Of a stretch of DNA of 64,000 nt, positions 39,427-51,647 are shown one piece after another. Location of the stretch: the NCBI GenBank assembly GCA_963812015.1, contig CAWETI010000002.1, positions 1,376,001 to 1,440,000 on the forward strand, read 5' to 3'. The notes under the pieces are model-generated. The model made no database searches, was not told where the DNA came from, and worked only from the letters and a program-made list of their open reading frames with translations. Position 1 is the first letter of the stretch. The number at the start of each line of letters is the position of its first letter. The DNA is from an uncultured delta proteobacterium (lineage in GTDB: Bacteria > Desulfobacterota > Desulfobaccia > Desulfobaccales > 0-14-0-80-60-11). The translations under genes and the position numbers were made by a program.

Positions 39427-39606
39427 TCACCCTGTCTGTGCTTGCGCCCGGGTCCGTTTGGCCTTAGGGCTCTTGTGCCCCCGGGTCCTGGTTTGAGTCC
39501 TGCTTACCCCTGAATCTGGGGTATCCAGGGCCGGGGAGGGAGTGGCGCCGGCGGAAAAACTCATGCATAGGATAAACACGGCCGCAGCCAAAATCGCTCT
39601 GTGCAT
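39427..39606 (-). CDS. Possible small secreted basic protein
   Basis: MHRAILAAAVFILCMSFSAGA signal-like N-terminus after GGAG; Lys/Arg-rich remainder; no recognisable family. Confidence 0.35.
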   Translation of the reverse strand: MHRAILAAAVFILCMSFSAGATPSPALDTPDSGVSRTQTRTRGHKSPKAKRTRAQAQTG

Positions 39607-39707
39607 GTTGACTCCGATGTCTCGTCTGGCTGCGGAAGCCAGCCTGTCTGCGCAACTCATACCGTTTGCTTGGAAACGCTTCCCACGCAAGTCGACCGCA
39701 ACAACCA

Positions 39708-40889
39708 TCAACTCCGATAGTCGGCGTTGATGCGGATGTAGTCCTCGGTAAAATCGCAGGTGTCGTAGTAGTCGGCAAAGACCCCTTTGTTGAGGTGGAT
39801 GGTCACCGTAAAAGAGCCGGACTTGATTACCTGCTGGGCCGCGGCTTCCGCCTCTGGCCCTAAGCCCCGGCCGTTTTCTACCACCAGGTAGTCACCGAAG
39901 GCAATGGAGACCAGCTCCGGGTCGAAGCGGGCCCCGGCCCGCCCCAGGGCGGCCATGATCCGCCCCCAGTTGACGTCTTCCCCCGCCATGGCGGTCTTGA
40001 CCAGGGGCGAGAGGGCCACGGTCATGGCGGCCTTTTTGGCTTCAGCCGGAGTGGCCGCGCCCTTGACGAGCACCTTATAGGCGTGGCGGGCGCCTTCACC
40101 GTCGGCCACCACCTGCCAGGCCAACTCGCCCATCACCTGATTCAAGGCCTCGCCCAGGGCGATCATCCCGGGCCCCGCCTCGGTAATCACCGTATTGCCC
40201 GCCTTCCCACTGGCCAATAACAGGATGGTATCGTTGGTGGAAGTGTCGCCATCCACGGTGATCCGGTTGAAACTCACCGGCAGGGCCTGGCCCAGGAGGG
40301 TTTTCAAGACTTTGGGGCTGGCCCCGGTGTCAGTGAACACGAAGACCAGAAGGGTGGCCATATCCGGGTGGATCATGCCTGCGCCTTTGGCGATTCCGGC
40401 CAGGGTGAATTCCCGGCCGTCAATCATGCCCTTGACCAGCGAGGCCTTGGGCCGGGTGTCGGTGGTCATGATGGCCCGGGCCGCCTCGCCCAACCCGTCA
40501 GGGCTCAGCCCGGCCACCAATTGGGGCAGGGCCTGGGTGATGCGGTCCCCGGGCAAGGGGGCGCCGATGACCCCGGTGGAGGCCGGCAGCACCAGGCCTT
40601 CGGGGAGGTTCAGCAACTCCGCGGCCCGGCGGCAAGTCTCCCGGGCAGTGGCCAGGCCCTGGGGGCCGTTGCAGGCGTTGGCGTTGCCGGCATTCACCAG
40701 GATGGCCTGGGCGGAACCTTTCCGTAGGCGTTCTTGAGAAATCAGCACCGGCGCAGCCTTCACCCGGTTGCGGGTAAACACCCCGGCCGCAGCCGCGGGG
40801 GTATCCGCCACCATCAGGGCCAGGTCCAGAACCCCGGGCTTTTTGATGCCGGCGGCGGTGGCTGAGAATTTAAATCCCGGGACGATCAT
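39708..40889 (-). CDS. argJ: Bifunctional ornithine acetyltransferase ArgJ
   Basis: GNANA, STGVIG, IMTTDT, KGAGMIHPDMAT, DGDTSTND, DGEGA, YIRINADYRS. Confidence 0.97.
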   Translation of the reverse strand: MIVPGFKFSATAAGIKKPGVLDLALMVADTPAAAAGVFTRNRVKAAPVLISQERLRKGSAQAILVNAGNANACNGPQGLATARETCRRAAELLNLPEGLVLPASTGVIGAPLPGDRITQALPQLVAGLSPDGLGEAARAIMTTDTRPKASLVKGMIDGREFTLAGIAKGAGMIHPDMATLLVFVFTDTGASPKVLKTLLGQALPVSFNRITVDGDTSTNDTILLLASGKAGNTVITEAGPGMIALGEALNQVMGELAWQVVADGEGARHAYKVLVKGAATPAEAKKAAMTVALSPLVKTAMAGEDVNWGRIMAALGRAGARFDPELVSIAFGDYLVVENGRGLGPEAEAAAQQVIKSGSFTVTIHLNKGVFADYYDTCDFTEDYIRINADYRS

Positions 40890-40993
40890 ATCGAGAATTA
40901 ACCTAACTGTTTTCTTAAATGATGTCAATAAGGTAGGTGATGGCTGGTCTGAACTTGCTATAATTTCATTGTCTAAGTTGGCGTAACGATAAT

Positions 40994-41033
40994 CCCCCTC
41001 ACCCTAGCCCTCTCCCCCAAGGGGGAGAGGGGA
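40994..41033 (+). repeat. Palindromic intergenic repeat (CCCTCACCCTAGCCCTCTCCC..GGGAGAGGG type)
   Basis: CCCCCTCACCCTAGCCCTCTCCCCCAAGGGGGAGAGGGGA. Confidence 0.75.
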
Positions 41034-41056
41034 AAAAATCTACCGATGAAAGCACA

Positions 41057-41638
41057 TCAGCAATGGAATTCGTTGCAGCTTCGGGTTTGCCATAAAACAA
41101 AGTCAATCTTCTTCATGTCTGAGATGCGGTGGGAATCAGGAATTAACTTATCGAAGATGGTGAGAATTTCTGAAGCCTCTTCTGTGGGCAAGAAATCTCT
41201 GTACCATTGCTGGATTCTACGATAAACCTCAATTATCTTATTCAAGCGATCCTTTGTACCATATGCAGGCGCTCTTTGGCCAGTATTCCTTAAAATTTTA
41301 ACATCCCATATTGGTTGATTCGGGTCAAGAGTATGGGCAAGCTTACTAGAGAAAGAAGGCTCAAATCTTCCGAGTATCGTATGGAAGTGGGCTATTGTCT
41401 CGTCAAAAGATGGCCTTTGAATCTTTCCATTTTCCATGTATTCATAATAGGTTGAATAAAAATAATGATTTCGTTGTCGAACTTTATAGAAGCTGTTATA
41501 TATATATTGAAAATTTGAATTAACAGCGACATTAAGACGTGGAAACAAATTCATAATTTCAACATACTGTAATATTCCTCTTCTTGCTCTATTAATAGCA
41601 TCAGTTATTTTATCTCTATTCATTTCGAACCCCTCCAT
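41057..41638 (-). CDS. AT-rich hypothetical protein
   Basis: 193-aa ORF with SFSSKLAHTLDPNQPIWD and KKIDFVLW; start may be the second Met after GGAGG. Confidence 0.75.
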   Translation of the reverse strand: MEGFEMNRDKITDAINRARRGILQYVEIMNLFPRLNVAVNSNFQYIYNSFYKVRQRNHYFYSTYYEYMENGKIQRPSFDETIAHFHTILGRFEPSFSSKLAHTLDPNQPIWDVKILRNTGQRAPAYGTKDRLNKIIEVYRRIQQWYRDFLPTEEASEILTIFDKLIPDSHRISDMKKIDFVLWQTRSCNEFHC

Positions 41639-41782
41639 TTAATAATTTTAATGCATTTCTAAGAATGATCAAGCGCAAATATATCTAATTAATTCAAGGT
41701 GTTGCAATGTTATCAATAATTTCAATGAGTTATCTTGTAAAAGGGGAATTCAAATAGGTTTTAACAATAAAGACCAAAAAAG

Positions 41783-41885
41783 CAATGAAGGCGGAGCAGC
41801 AGCCCCGCCTTCATTGTGGCTAAAAGGGTTGGGTAGGGGGTTTGGGGGAAGTCCAGGGACCCGCGTCCCTGGCCCTCCCCCCAAA
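41783..41885. repeat. Hairpin + C-tail repeat and AAGGCG-core hairpin after secA
   Basis: 41826-41885 belongs to the 33569 family; 41783-41816 CAATGAAGGCGGAGC..GCCCCGCCTTCATTG resembles 33515-33556. Confidence 0.7.
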
Positions 41886-41888
41886 AAA

Positions 41889-44384
<2,496 letters not shown>

Positions 44385-44566
44385 ATAGGTATCTGCCAAT
44401 AAAAACCCCCGATAAAGCCAGGCTTCACCGGAGGAATGAAGGCGTGGTTACAGTTGCCCTAGCGCTGGCCGCGGGGTCCATCTTCCTGCCAGCCACCCTA
44501 CCCCCCATGCAGATGGGGTTCTTTAAAAGAAAATAACGCACCGGCCTAAGACTGTCAAGTTAATCG

Positions 44567-45040
44567 TTAATCCCCGGGGGCCGTCGCGGTCAGGTCCAGG
44601 AGCATGGGAACCTCGTCGCAGTCGGGAAATTTGACGCAATTGACGCAATCGGCCCAGACGATGGGAAGCAGGTCTTCCCGGGAGACGACTTGGAAACCGA
44701 AACGCTGGAAATAATCCGGGCGCAGGGTCAGGAGGAAGATTTCACTCAAGCCGATGGCCCGGGCCTCGGTTAGGCAGGTTTCCACCAGGCGGGAGGCGAT
44801 CCCCCGGCTCCGGTGGGTCGGGACCACGGCTACGGACCGGATTTCCCCCAGGCCGGCCCAACAGATATGCAAGGCGGCGATGCCCAAGAGGGGGCCCTGC
44901 TCCTCCCGGTACACGTAGTAATCCCGCAGCTGGCCGTAGAGATCGGCCAGGGTGCGGGGCAGGATGCCCCCGTCCTGAGAGAACTCCACCAGGAAGCGGC
45001 GGATTTCCGGGACTTCGTGTATTTTGGCCTTGCGAATCAT
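44567..45040 (-). CDS. Short N-acetylglutamate synthase-like GNAT
   Basis: ILPR, EIRSVAV, FLLT, VWADCVNCVKFPDCDE. Confidence 0.85.
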   Translation of the reverse strand: MIRKAKIHEVPEIRRFLVEFSQDGGILPRTLADLYGQLRDYYVYREEQGPLLGIAALHICWAGLGEIRSVAVVPTHRSRGIASRLVETCLTEARAIGLSEIFLLTLRPDYFQRFGFQVVSREDLLPIVWADCVNCVKFPDCDEVPMLLDLTATAPGD

Positions 45041-45120
45041 TGTCGGGTTAGAGGGTTACGGAAAGTTTATGCTTCGATTATACTTTATGATTATATCATC
45101 AGGTTAAAGGTAAAACCACT

Positions 45121-45627
45121 ATGTCCGTCATTGCCAAAGATAACTATGTATCCCTGGAGTACCGCCTGTGGCTGGATTCCGGGGAACAACTCCGGGGCAC
45201 CCCGGAGGCGCCGGCGGTGCTCACTTTCATAGCCGGTTGCGAAGAGCTCATGCCGGGGTTGGAGCGCCGTCTCCGGGGGCTCAGGGAGCAGGATGCGGTG
45301 GAGTTCGTGGTGCCCGCGGCCGAGGCCTTCGGGGACTACGACCCCGATTTTGTCCAGGAGTGGAGCCACAAGGTTTTTCCTCCGGGCATGGAACTCAAGC
45401 CGGGGCAGAAGGTGGTCCCCGCCAACCTGCCGTTTCCGCCGGAATATCCCCTGGTCGTCAAGGAAGTCAGGGAAGATGTGGTGATTCTGGATATGAACCA
45501 CCCCTTTTCAGGCCATGACCTGCGCTACCAGGTGCGGGTTGTCGAGGTCCGCCCGGCCACCCCGGAGGAACTGGAACCCTTAAAGGAGTGCCAATCCTGC
45601 CGGGAGGGGATGAGCTGCGAGGTTTAG
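45121..45627 (+). CDS. FKBP-type peptidyl-prolyl isomerase (SlyD-like)
   Basis: VSLEYRL, PGLE, EAFGDYD, LDMNHPFSG, VRPATPEE; Cys-containing tail. Confidence 0.88.
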   Translation: MSVIAKDNYVSLEYRLWLDSGEQLRGTPEAPAVLTFIAGCEELMPGLERRLRGLREQDAVEFVVPAAEAFGDYDPDFVQEWSHKVFPPGMELKPGQKVVPANLPFPPEYPLVVKEVREDVVILDMNHPFSGHDLRYQVRVVEVRPATPEELEPLKECQSCREGMSCEV

Positions 45628-45742
45628 GCCTTTCTGGAGACCGGCCGCCTCTTAAGCGGTGGGCCTGAGCCGCCGGGGCCAAAGCAAGGGGAGGAGGACC
45701 CGGGTCCCCCTCCCCTTAGTTGATCTTCCGTATTCGGGGCGT

Positions 45743-45931
45743 TTAGGTTTCCGTTATCGTAATCGCGCCCGAGGGGCAGACCTCAATACAGCTCTCGCAG
45801 CCCAGGCATTCATCCTCGTTCACCGGGACGGCTTTGTCAGCCTGCATCTCGAAGACGCCCACGGGGCAGACGTTTACGCACTCCTCGTCCCCGGTACACT
45901 TGTCAGTATCAACTTCAACCCGCCATGCCAT
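45743..45931 (-). CDS. Dicluster ferredoxin (CxxDxxCxxxCP + CxxCxxCxxxCP)
   Basis: CTGDEECVNVCP and CLGCESCIEVCP; AGGAGG SD. Confidence 0.93.
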   Translation of the reverse strand: MAWRVEVDTDKCTGDEECVNVCPVGVFEMQADKAVPVNEDECLGCESCIEVCPSGAITITET

Positions 45932-46124
45932 TTCAGTAGTACCTCCTTAAAATTGCGCCATTTATAACAATATATCAAAAAAAGTTCCTGGTGAAAACAG
46001 GGGGACATGTTTAAGAAATAATCCGATGCGTATGCTTCGGCAGCCGCAGACTTTGGCAATTCTCAGGACGAGACGCCTGGGCCACGTGAATTAAGCTGGG
46101 GCGGGGAAAAAGGCCTTTCCGGAA

Positions 46125-47573
46125 CTAGAGGCGCACCCGCTCCGGTATCTCGTGGTCCGGACGCGTTGCGTTTTCTTCCGAGTCGGCATCACCCCGGTAC
46201 TCCCGGGCCCGCCGCACCAGCGCCTTAGCCCACTGAGGGCAGCCCAGGGCGTGGAGATGGGTGTAAGTGGCCAGGACGTTTTGATAAAGGAGACCTTCCC
46301 GTTGCCCGCCGATGCCGGAGCCCCGGCTGACCGTAAAGGCCATGGGGACCTCGGGCCCCGGGTCGGGCATCATCTGGGAATAATGAAATTCGTGGCCCTT
46401 GAGCACGGTTCCCCGGGGAAAGTACGGGTTGTCCCGGGTCACTTCCAGGATGGTGTAGCCATGTCCCTGGGGCTTCTTGCCCATGACGAAGTCATAGGGA
46501 AAGAGGCCGGCCATGGGGAATTTTTCTCCCTGGATTTGAATAGTCTCGCCCAGGAACATGAGGCCGCCGCACTCGGCATAGATGGGCAAACCGGCCTGGG
46601 CCGCGGCCTTTACCGAGTTGCGAAAGCTCAAATTCTCGGCCAGGGCCCGGGCATGGGTCTCGGGGAAGCCGCCGCCGATATAGAGGGCGCCCAGATTGGC
46701 CGGGAGGATAGGGTCCTCCAGAGCGCTCAGCTCCACCAGGACCGCACCCTCACGCTCCAGGGCTTCCAGGTTTTCCGGGTAATAAAACTGGAAGGCCGAG
46801 TCCCGGATAACGCCGATGGTCACTGGGGCGGCCGAGGTAGCCGGAAGTTCGATTAGGCCGGGTGACGCCGGCAGGGGCGGGGCCTGGATAGCCACCTGCC
46901 AGAGGCCATCCAGGTCAAGGTAGCGCCGGGCCAGGTCCCGGGCGGTGTTCACGGCCCGGATGGCGGTATGGTGCTCCAGGGGGGGCACCAATCCCATGTG
47001 GCGTTCGGGAAAGACCTCACACTTGAGCCGGGGGATGGCCCCCAGCACCGGGATGCCGCAGTAGGTTTCGATGGCGCTGCGGATGATGGCTTCGTGACGA
47101 GGACGGGCGATCTGGTTGAGGATCACGCCCCGGATGGGCACCTGGGGGTCGAAGTGCTGGCAGCCCAGCACCAGGGCGGCGGTGGTGCGGGTCCGCATGG
47201 TGCAGTCCACCACCAACACTACCGGGGTGGCCAAAAACTTGGCCAGTTCGGCGGTGCTATAAGTACCCTGGGCATCGAGGCCGTCGTAAAGGCCCCGGTT
47301 GCCTTCGATGAGGATGGCGTCAGCCTGATCGGCATGGCGGACCACTGAAGCCAGAATCTGGTCCCCCTCCATGAGGAAGGGGTCCAGATTATGGCTGGGG
47401 CATCCGGCTGCCAGGCAGTGCCAGGCCGGGTCGATATAGTCGGGGCCCTTCTTGAAGGGCACCAACCGACGCCCCTGGTCCCGCCAAGCGGCCAGGAGCC
47501 CCAACGTCAAGGTGGTCTTGCCGGCCCCACCCCTGAGAGCTGCCAGCAGCAGCCGGGGACAGGGCTTATTCAT
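46125..47573 (-). CDS. dsrN: Cobyrinate a,c-diamide synthase family siroheme amidase DsrN
   Basis: GGAGKT, KKGPDYIDP, IEGNRGLYDG, ERHMGL, AECGG, HEFHYS; start overlaps the dsrD stop. Confidence 0.88.
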   Translation of the reverse strand: MNKPCPRLLLAALRGGAGKTTLTLGLLAAWRDQGRRLVPFKKGPDYIDPAWHCLAAGCPSHNLDPFLMEGDQILASVVRHADQADAILIEGNRGLYDGLDAQGTYSTAELAKFLATPVVLVVDCTMRTRTTAALVLGCQHFDPQVPIRGVILNQIARPRHEAIIRSAIETYCGIPVLGAIPRLKCEVFPERHMGLVPPLEHHTAIRAVNTARDLARRYLDLDGLWQVAIQAPPLPASPGLIELPATSAAPVTIGVIRDSAFQFYYPENLEALEREGAVLVELSALEDPILPANLGALYIGGGFPETHARALAENLSFRNSVKAAAQAGLPIYAECGGLMFLGETIQIQGEKFPMAGLFPYDFVMGKKPQGHGYTILEVTRDNPYFPRGTVLKGHEFHYSQMMPDPGPEVPMAFTVSRGSGIGGQREGLLYQNVLATYTHLHALGCPQWAKALVRRAREYRGDADSEENATRPDHEIPERVRL

Positions 47574-47815
47574 CAGTGCTTTGCGGCCCCTTCTTCGTGG
47601 GGAATTTCGATGAAGCTCCCACCGAAGTAGGTATAGACGCAGCGGCCGCCGTCGATGAGAGTCTTGATCCCGAACTTGATCATAGTCTTGTCCTGATCAG
47701 GATGCGCCTTGAGGACGGCCTTCTGGATGTCCATGGCCTTGAGCTGTTTTTTGCCCTGGGCCTTTGCCACCATATCGAAGATAAATTCTACCAACTCTTC
47801 TTTGGAAAGTGCCAT
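47573..47815 (-). CDS. dsrD: DsrD
   Basis: 80-aa Lys-rich winged-helix-like protein directly after dsrB (LIDGGRCVYTYFGGSFI). Confidence 0.8.
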   Translation of the reverse strand: MALSKEELVEFIFDMVAKAQGKKQLKAMDIQKAVLKAHPDQDKTMIKFGIKTLIDGGRCVYTYFGGSFIEIPHEEGAAKH

Positions 47816-47828
47816 TTATCCCACCTGC

Positions 47829-48899
47829 TTAGAATTTAAAATGCATCGACGTCCGGTAGGTGTCATAAGCCCAACGGTATTCGTCAATGTGCTGGAAGGT
47901 AAAGGGAATTTCGCATACTTCAAAGAACTTTTCCCACCCGATGCGATTGACCCATTCGCCCACGCGCTCCCACTTGTTAGCGCCTTCGGCGTACTTGATG
48001 AGGATCTTACGGATGGCCTGGACCACTTCCGGCCAGCGGGGCGGATTGTTGGGCAGATAGGGCACCGCCAGCTTGGAGAACATGGGCGGGGTCTTGGAAT
48101 TGGACACTTTGCCGCCGACCAAGAGGGCTACGCCGCCTTTCACGGAGTCGAACACCGGCAGGGCCGGGCACATGGTGTAGCAGTTGCCGCAGTACATGCA
48201 GCGCTCATCGTTGATCACCACGCTCTTGATGCTCTTGTCCGGATGGGGCCGGATGGCGCCGGTGGGGCAAGCCGCGATCGTGGTGGGAATTTCGCACAGG
48301 TGGCGCAGCCTCTCGTGGTTAACTTTGGGGGGCGTGCGGTGGATCCCCAGGATGGCGATGTCGGAGCAGTGCACCGCGCCGCACATATTGAGGCAGCAGG
48401 CCAGGGCGATGCGCACCTGGGCCGGCAGCTTGTGGCTGCCGAAGTACTCAAACAGGTCGTCCATGACGGCCTTGACGATCCCGGAGGCGTCGATGGCCGG
48501 GGTATGGCAATGCACCCAGCCCTGGGTGTGAACGATGCTGGTCACCGAGTGGCCGGTACCGCCCACGGGGATGCCCATCTTTTTGCAGGCGTCCTTCAGG
48601 CCGGCGATCTTGCCCTGGTCGGTGAGCAGGAACTCGATGTTGTTCCGGGAAGTGAAGCGCAGGTAGCCGTCGCAGAACTTGTCGGCCAGGCCGCACACAT
48701 CTTTGATGAAGTCGGTGGTCACCAGGCGGCCGGAGCCACCCCGGACGGAATAGATTTTGGCGCCGGACTCGGACACGTGCATCAGCACACCGGGTTCCAG
48801 GATTTCATGGTATTTCCACTTGCCGTAGTTGTCTTTGATGATGGGCGGCAAGAACTTGTCAAATTTGGGGGGGCCAATATCAGTTATACGGTCAGCCAT
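47829..48899 (-). CDS. dsrB: Dissimilatory sulfite reductase beta subunit
   Basis: [44 protein letters not shown]. Confidence 0.97.
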   Translation of the reverse strand: MADRITDIGPPKFDKFLPPIIKDNYGKWKYHEILEPGVLMHVSESGAKIYSVRGGSGRLVTTDFIKDVCGLADKFCDGYLRFTSRNNIEFLLTDQGKIAGLKDACKKMGIPVGGTGHSVTSIVHTQGWVHCHTPAIDASGIVKAVMDDLFEYFGSHKLPAQVRIALACCLNMCGAVHCSDIAILGIHRTPPKVNHERLRHLCEIPTTIAACPTGAIRPHPDKSIKSVVINDERCMYCGNCYTMCPALPVFDSVKGGVALLVGGKVSNSKTPPMFSKLAVPYLPNNPPRWPEVVQAIRKILIKYAEGANKWERVGEWVNRIGWEKFFEVCEIPFTFQHIDEYRWAYDTYRTSMHFKF

Positions 48900-48967
48900 T
48901 TTCCTCATTCCTCCTTATGATTCGGCACTAAGCCAGGCAAGTATGCTTTAATGAGAAAGTTGCCTCA

Positions 48968-50206
48968 TTATTTGATGTATTTACGGCCCGCGGCCTCGGC
49001 CTCGAAGTCTTCGGCGTGCCAGAAAAAGAAGGGGTTGGCCCGGGGGGTCCTGACGGTCTGGGGCACCGGGGGCAGTCCCACGCCCTGGAAGAAACTCCGC
49101 ATCCCCAGGCGCAGCATCAATTCACCCACGCGCTCCCGGTTTTTGCCGTTTTCCGACCACCATTCGTGGATATTGCCGATTAGCTCCGTGAACTCTTCAT
49201 AGGGCGCTTCCATCTGCATGAAGGGGACGATAACCCAGCTCATCTGGGCGCCTTCCAGGATGGGGGCGTGCGATCCCAGGAGCAGGGTGGCGCCGGTTGC
49301 GGTACCGGGCCGCAGGGCCTGGGGCATCATGTTGATGCAGTGCATGCAATGGTTGCAGTTCTTGTTGTCGATGGTCAGCTTATTGCCGTCATAGCTCATG
49401 CAAATAGTGGGGCAGAGATCGGTGACATCGGCCTTGATGTCGAGCTTTTTATAAACGGTGCCGCCACCCGCAGGCTTGATTTCGCCGGCGGCATAGGCCT
49501 TCACCGCGGCCTGGTCGATGCGGATGTCGTCTTTCCAGACGCCGATGACGCTCATGTCGGCCCGGGCAATCGCGGCCACGCAGTCATTGGGGCAGCCGGA
49601 GCATTTGACTTTGAATTTATAGGGGAAAGACGGGCGATGCATTTCGAACTGGAAGTGCTGGGTGGTTTCATAGCACAAGTCCATGGTGTCATAGCAGGCC
49701 CATTCGCAGCGAGCCTTGCCCACGCAGCAGGACGGGGTCCGCATAGCCGAACCGGAGCCGCCCAGGTCCCAACCTTTGGCCGTCAGTTCGGCAAAGGTGG
49801 GTTCCAATTCATCGGTGGTGGTGCCCAGGAAGATCATGTCGCCGGTGGAGCCATGCACGTTCAGGATGCTGCTGCCATGCCGGTCCCAAATGTCGCACAG
49901 GTCCCGCAACGCCTCGGTGGTATAAAACCAGCCGGAGGGCTGGTTGACGCGTACCGTATGGAAATGCTCGACGCCGGGGAATTCTTCAGGCAGGTCGATG
50001 TAACGGCCGATGATGCCGGAGCCGTAACCCAGGACGCCGACGATGCCGCCATGCTTCCAGTGGGTAATCTTGTCTTTGTACGAGCGCTCCAACACCCCCA
50101 GCAAATCCGCAGCTGATTTTTTCCGACCGGCGACCCGCTTCAAATCCTTCACGAAGCTGGGCCACGGACCGGACTCCAGTTGATCCAACAATGGAGTTTT
50201 ATGCAT
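48968..50206 (-). CDS. dsrA: Dissimilatory sulfite reductase alpha subunit
   Basis: TPLLDQLESGPWPSFV, THWKHGG, HGSTGD, RTPSCCVGKARC, GCPNDC, CNHCMHC. Confidence 0.98.
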   Translation of the reverse strand: MHKTPLLDQLESGPWPSFVKDLKRVAGRKKSAADLLGVLERSYKDKITHWKHGGIVGVLGYGSGIIGRYIDLPEEFPGVEHFHTVRVNQPSGWFYTTEALRDLCDIWDRHGSSILNVHGSTGDMIFLGTTTDELEPTFAELTAKGWDLGGSGSAMRTPSCCVGKARCEWACYDTMDLCYETTQHFQFEMHRPSFPYKFKVKCSGCPNDCVAAIARADMSVIGVWKDDIRIDQAAVKAYAAGEIKPAGGGTVYKKLDIKADVTDLCPTICMSYDGNKLTIDNKNCNHCMHCINMMPQALRPGTATGATLLLGSHAPILEGAQMSWVIVPFMQMEAPYEEFTELIGNIHEWWSENGKNRERVGELMLRLGMRSFFQGVGLPPVPQTVRTPRANPFFFWHAEDFEAEAAGRKYIK

Positions 50207-50318
50207 GAACACTTTCCTCCCTTAATTAAATGGTCCCCTATGGGCTTATCCTTTTTTTCACAAAATCATTCCTATCTCATAATATCGCAGGCGATTTGTC
50301 AACTAAAAAATTGGTACC

Positions 50319-51632
50319 CTAAATTTCGTTAAGGATTTTCAAGGGCCCCAAGTCCCGTAAAGCGTCGGCGCAGACCGCGGCCGGACCCATGACCAGGGTG
50401 ACCAGGTTGTCGGGCTGCAGGTGGTCCTGAGCCGCAGCCGCCGCGGTGTTCAGGGTGACGCCGCGAATTTGGTCACAATAGCGCGTCAGATAATCGGTGC
50501 CCAGGTCATAGAGGTCAATGGACATTGCCTGCCGGGCGATCCCCCGGGAGGTCTCCAGCCCCAGAGGGAAATGGCCCACGTAATAGCTTTGGGCTTCCGC
50601 CAGTTCCTGATTCGTGACCCCGTTTCGGTGGACTTCGGTGAGCACCGACCGGATCTCCTGCACCACCTGGGCGGTGTGGTCCGCCGGGGTGAAGGTGGAG
50701 ACGATGAAGGGACCTGGGGCCCGGCGGAAGGAGAAGCTACTGCGGATGCCGTAGGTGAAGCCCAGGTCCGAGCGGATCCGGGCCATGAGGCGGGAGGAGA
50801 AGCCGCCCTCACCCAATACGTAGTTCACCAGCTTCAGGGGAAAGTAATCGCCATGGGCCCGGGGCAGCCCCAGGTGGCCCACCCGGATTTCGCTCTGGGT
50901 CAGGTCGGGCCGGTCCAGGAGATAGATGCCGGGGGCGCACAGACTCGCGGGCGCCGCGGCATACGGCGGGCTGGCCGGGCCGCCGCCGGTCCAGTTTCCC
51001 CAGAGCCGGGCGGCTTCTTCCTGCACCCGGTCAAAGGCCTCCATGCCCACCACCACCAGGGTGGCAGTGGCCAGGGAGAACTCCCGGCGGTAAAAGTCCT
51101 GAAGATCAGCAACCCCGAGATTATCCAGGCTGCGGAGGTCTCCCGGCACCGCATGGCCGTAAGGCGAATTTCCAAAGAACAAGCGCAGATAGTGGACATT
51201 GGCCATTTCCCGGGGATCGTCTTGCTGGTGCACCAGTTCGGCCCGGCGCCGTTCCTTCAGGAGGGGAAACTCGGCCTCGGGGAAACCGGGGGTCTGGACC
51301 ACTTCGGCCAGGGTGGCCATCAATTCCGGGAAATCTTCGGCCAGCCCCTCCAGGTTCACCAGAGTGGCGTCCCAGCCGCTCCGGGCGTCAAGAGACGCCC
51401 CCCGGGATTCGATGTCCTCGGCCAGTTGCAACTGCGAGCGCCGGGTGGTGCCCAGGGTGAGCAGCTCCGCGGTCCAATCGGCCACCCCGGGCTTGTCCAG
51501 GGGGTCGGTTTCGGCGCCTCGCTTGGCCATGAAGGTGAGGCTCAGCCAGGGCACCCGGTCGTACTCCACGCCTAACAGCTTCATGCCGCCCGGTAGGGTG
51601 GCCTGGTGAATCTCGGGAAGAAAATCTGTCAT
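50319..51632 (-). CDS. M16B peptidase, non-catalytic subunit
   Basis: M16 fold lacking HXXEH; GGFSSRL..GFTYG R/Y pair. Confidence 0.88.
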   Translation of the reverse strand: MTDFLPEIHQATLPGGMKLLGVEYDRVPWLSLTFMAKRGAETDPLDKPGVADWTAELLTLGTTRRSQLQLAEDIESRGASLDARSGWDATLVNLEGLAEDFPELMATLAEVVQTPGFPEAEFPLLKERRRAELVHQQDDPREMANVHYLRLFFGNSPYGHAVPGDLRSLDNLGVADLQDFYRREFSLATATLVVVGMEAFDRVQEEAARLWGNWTGGGPASPPYAAAPASLCAPGIYLLDRPDLTQSEIRVGHLGLPRAHGDYFPLKLVNYVLGEGGFSSRLMARIRSDLGFTYGIRSSFSFRRAPGPFIVSTFTPADHTAQVVQEIRSVLTEVHRNGVTNQELAEAQSYYVGHFPLGLETSRGIARQAMSIDLYDLGTDYLTRYCDQIRGVTLNTAAAAAQDHLQPDNLVTLVMGPAAVCADALRDLGPLKILNEI

Positions 51633-51647
51633 GGTGACTTCCTTATC

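Noticed and set aside
44426..44509. SecM-like leader peptide upstream of secA (27-codon uORF)
   Set aside because: No signal sequence, SD or recognisable arrest motif; likely chance in GC-rich DNA.
50246..50263. Rex operator upstream of dsrA (TTGTGAAAAAAAGGATAA on minus strand)
   Set aside because: Only one half-site matches TTGTGAA-N4-TTCACAA.
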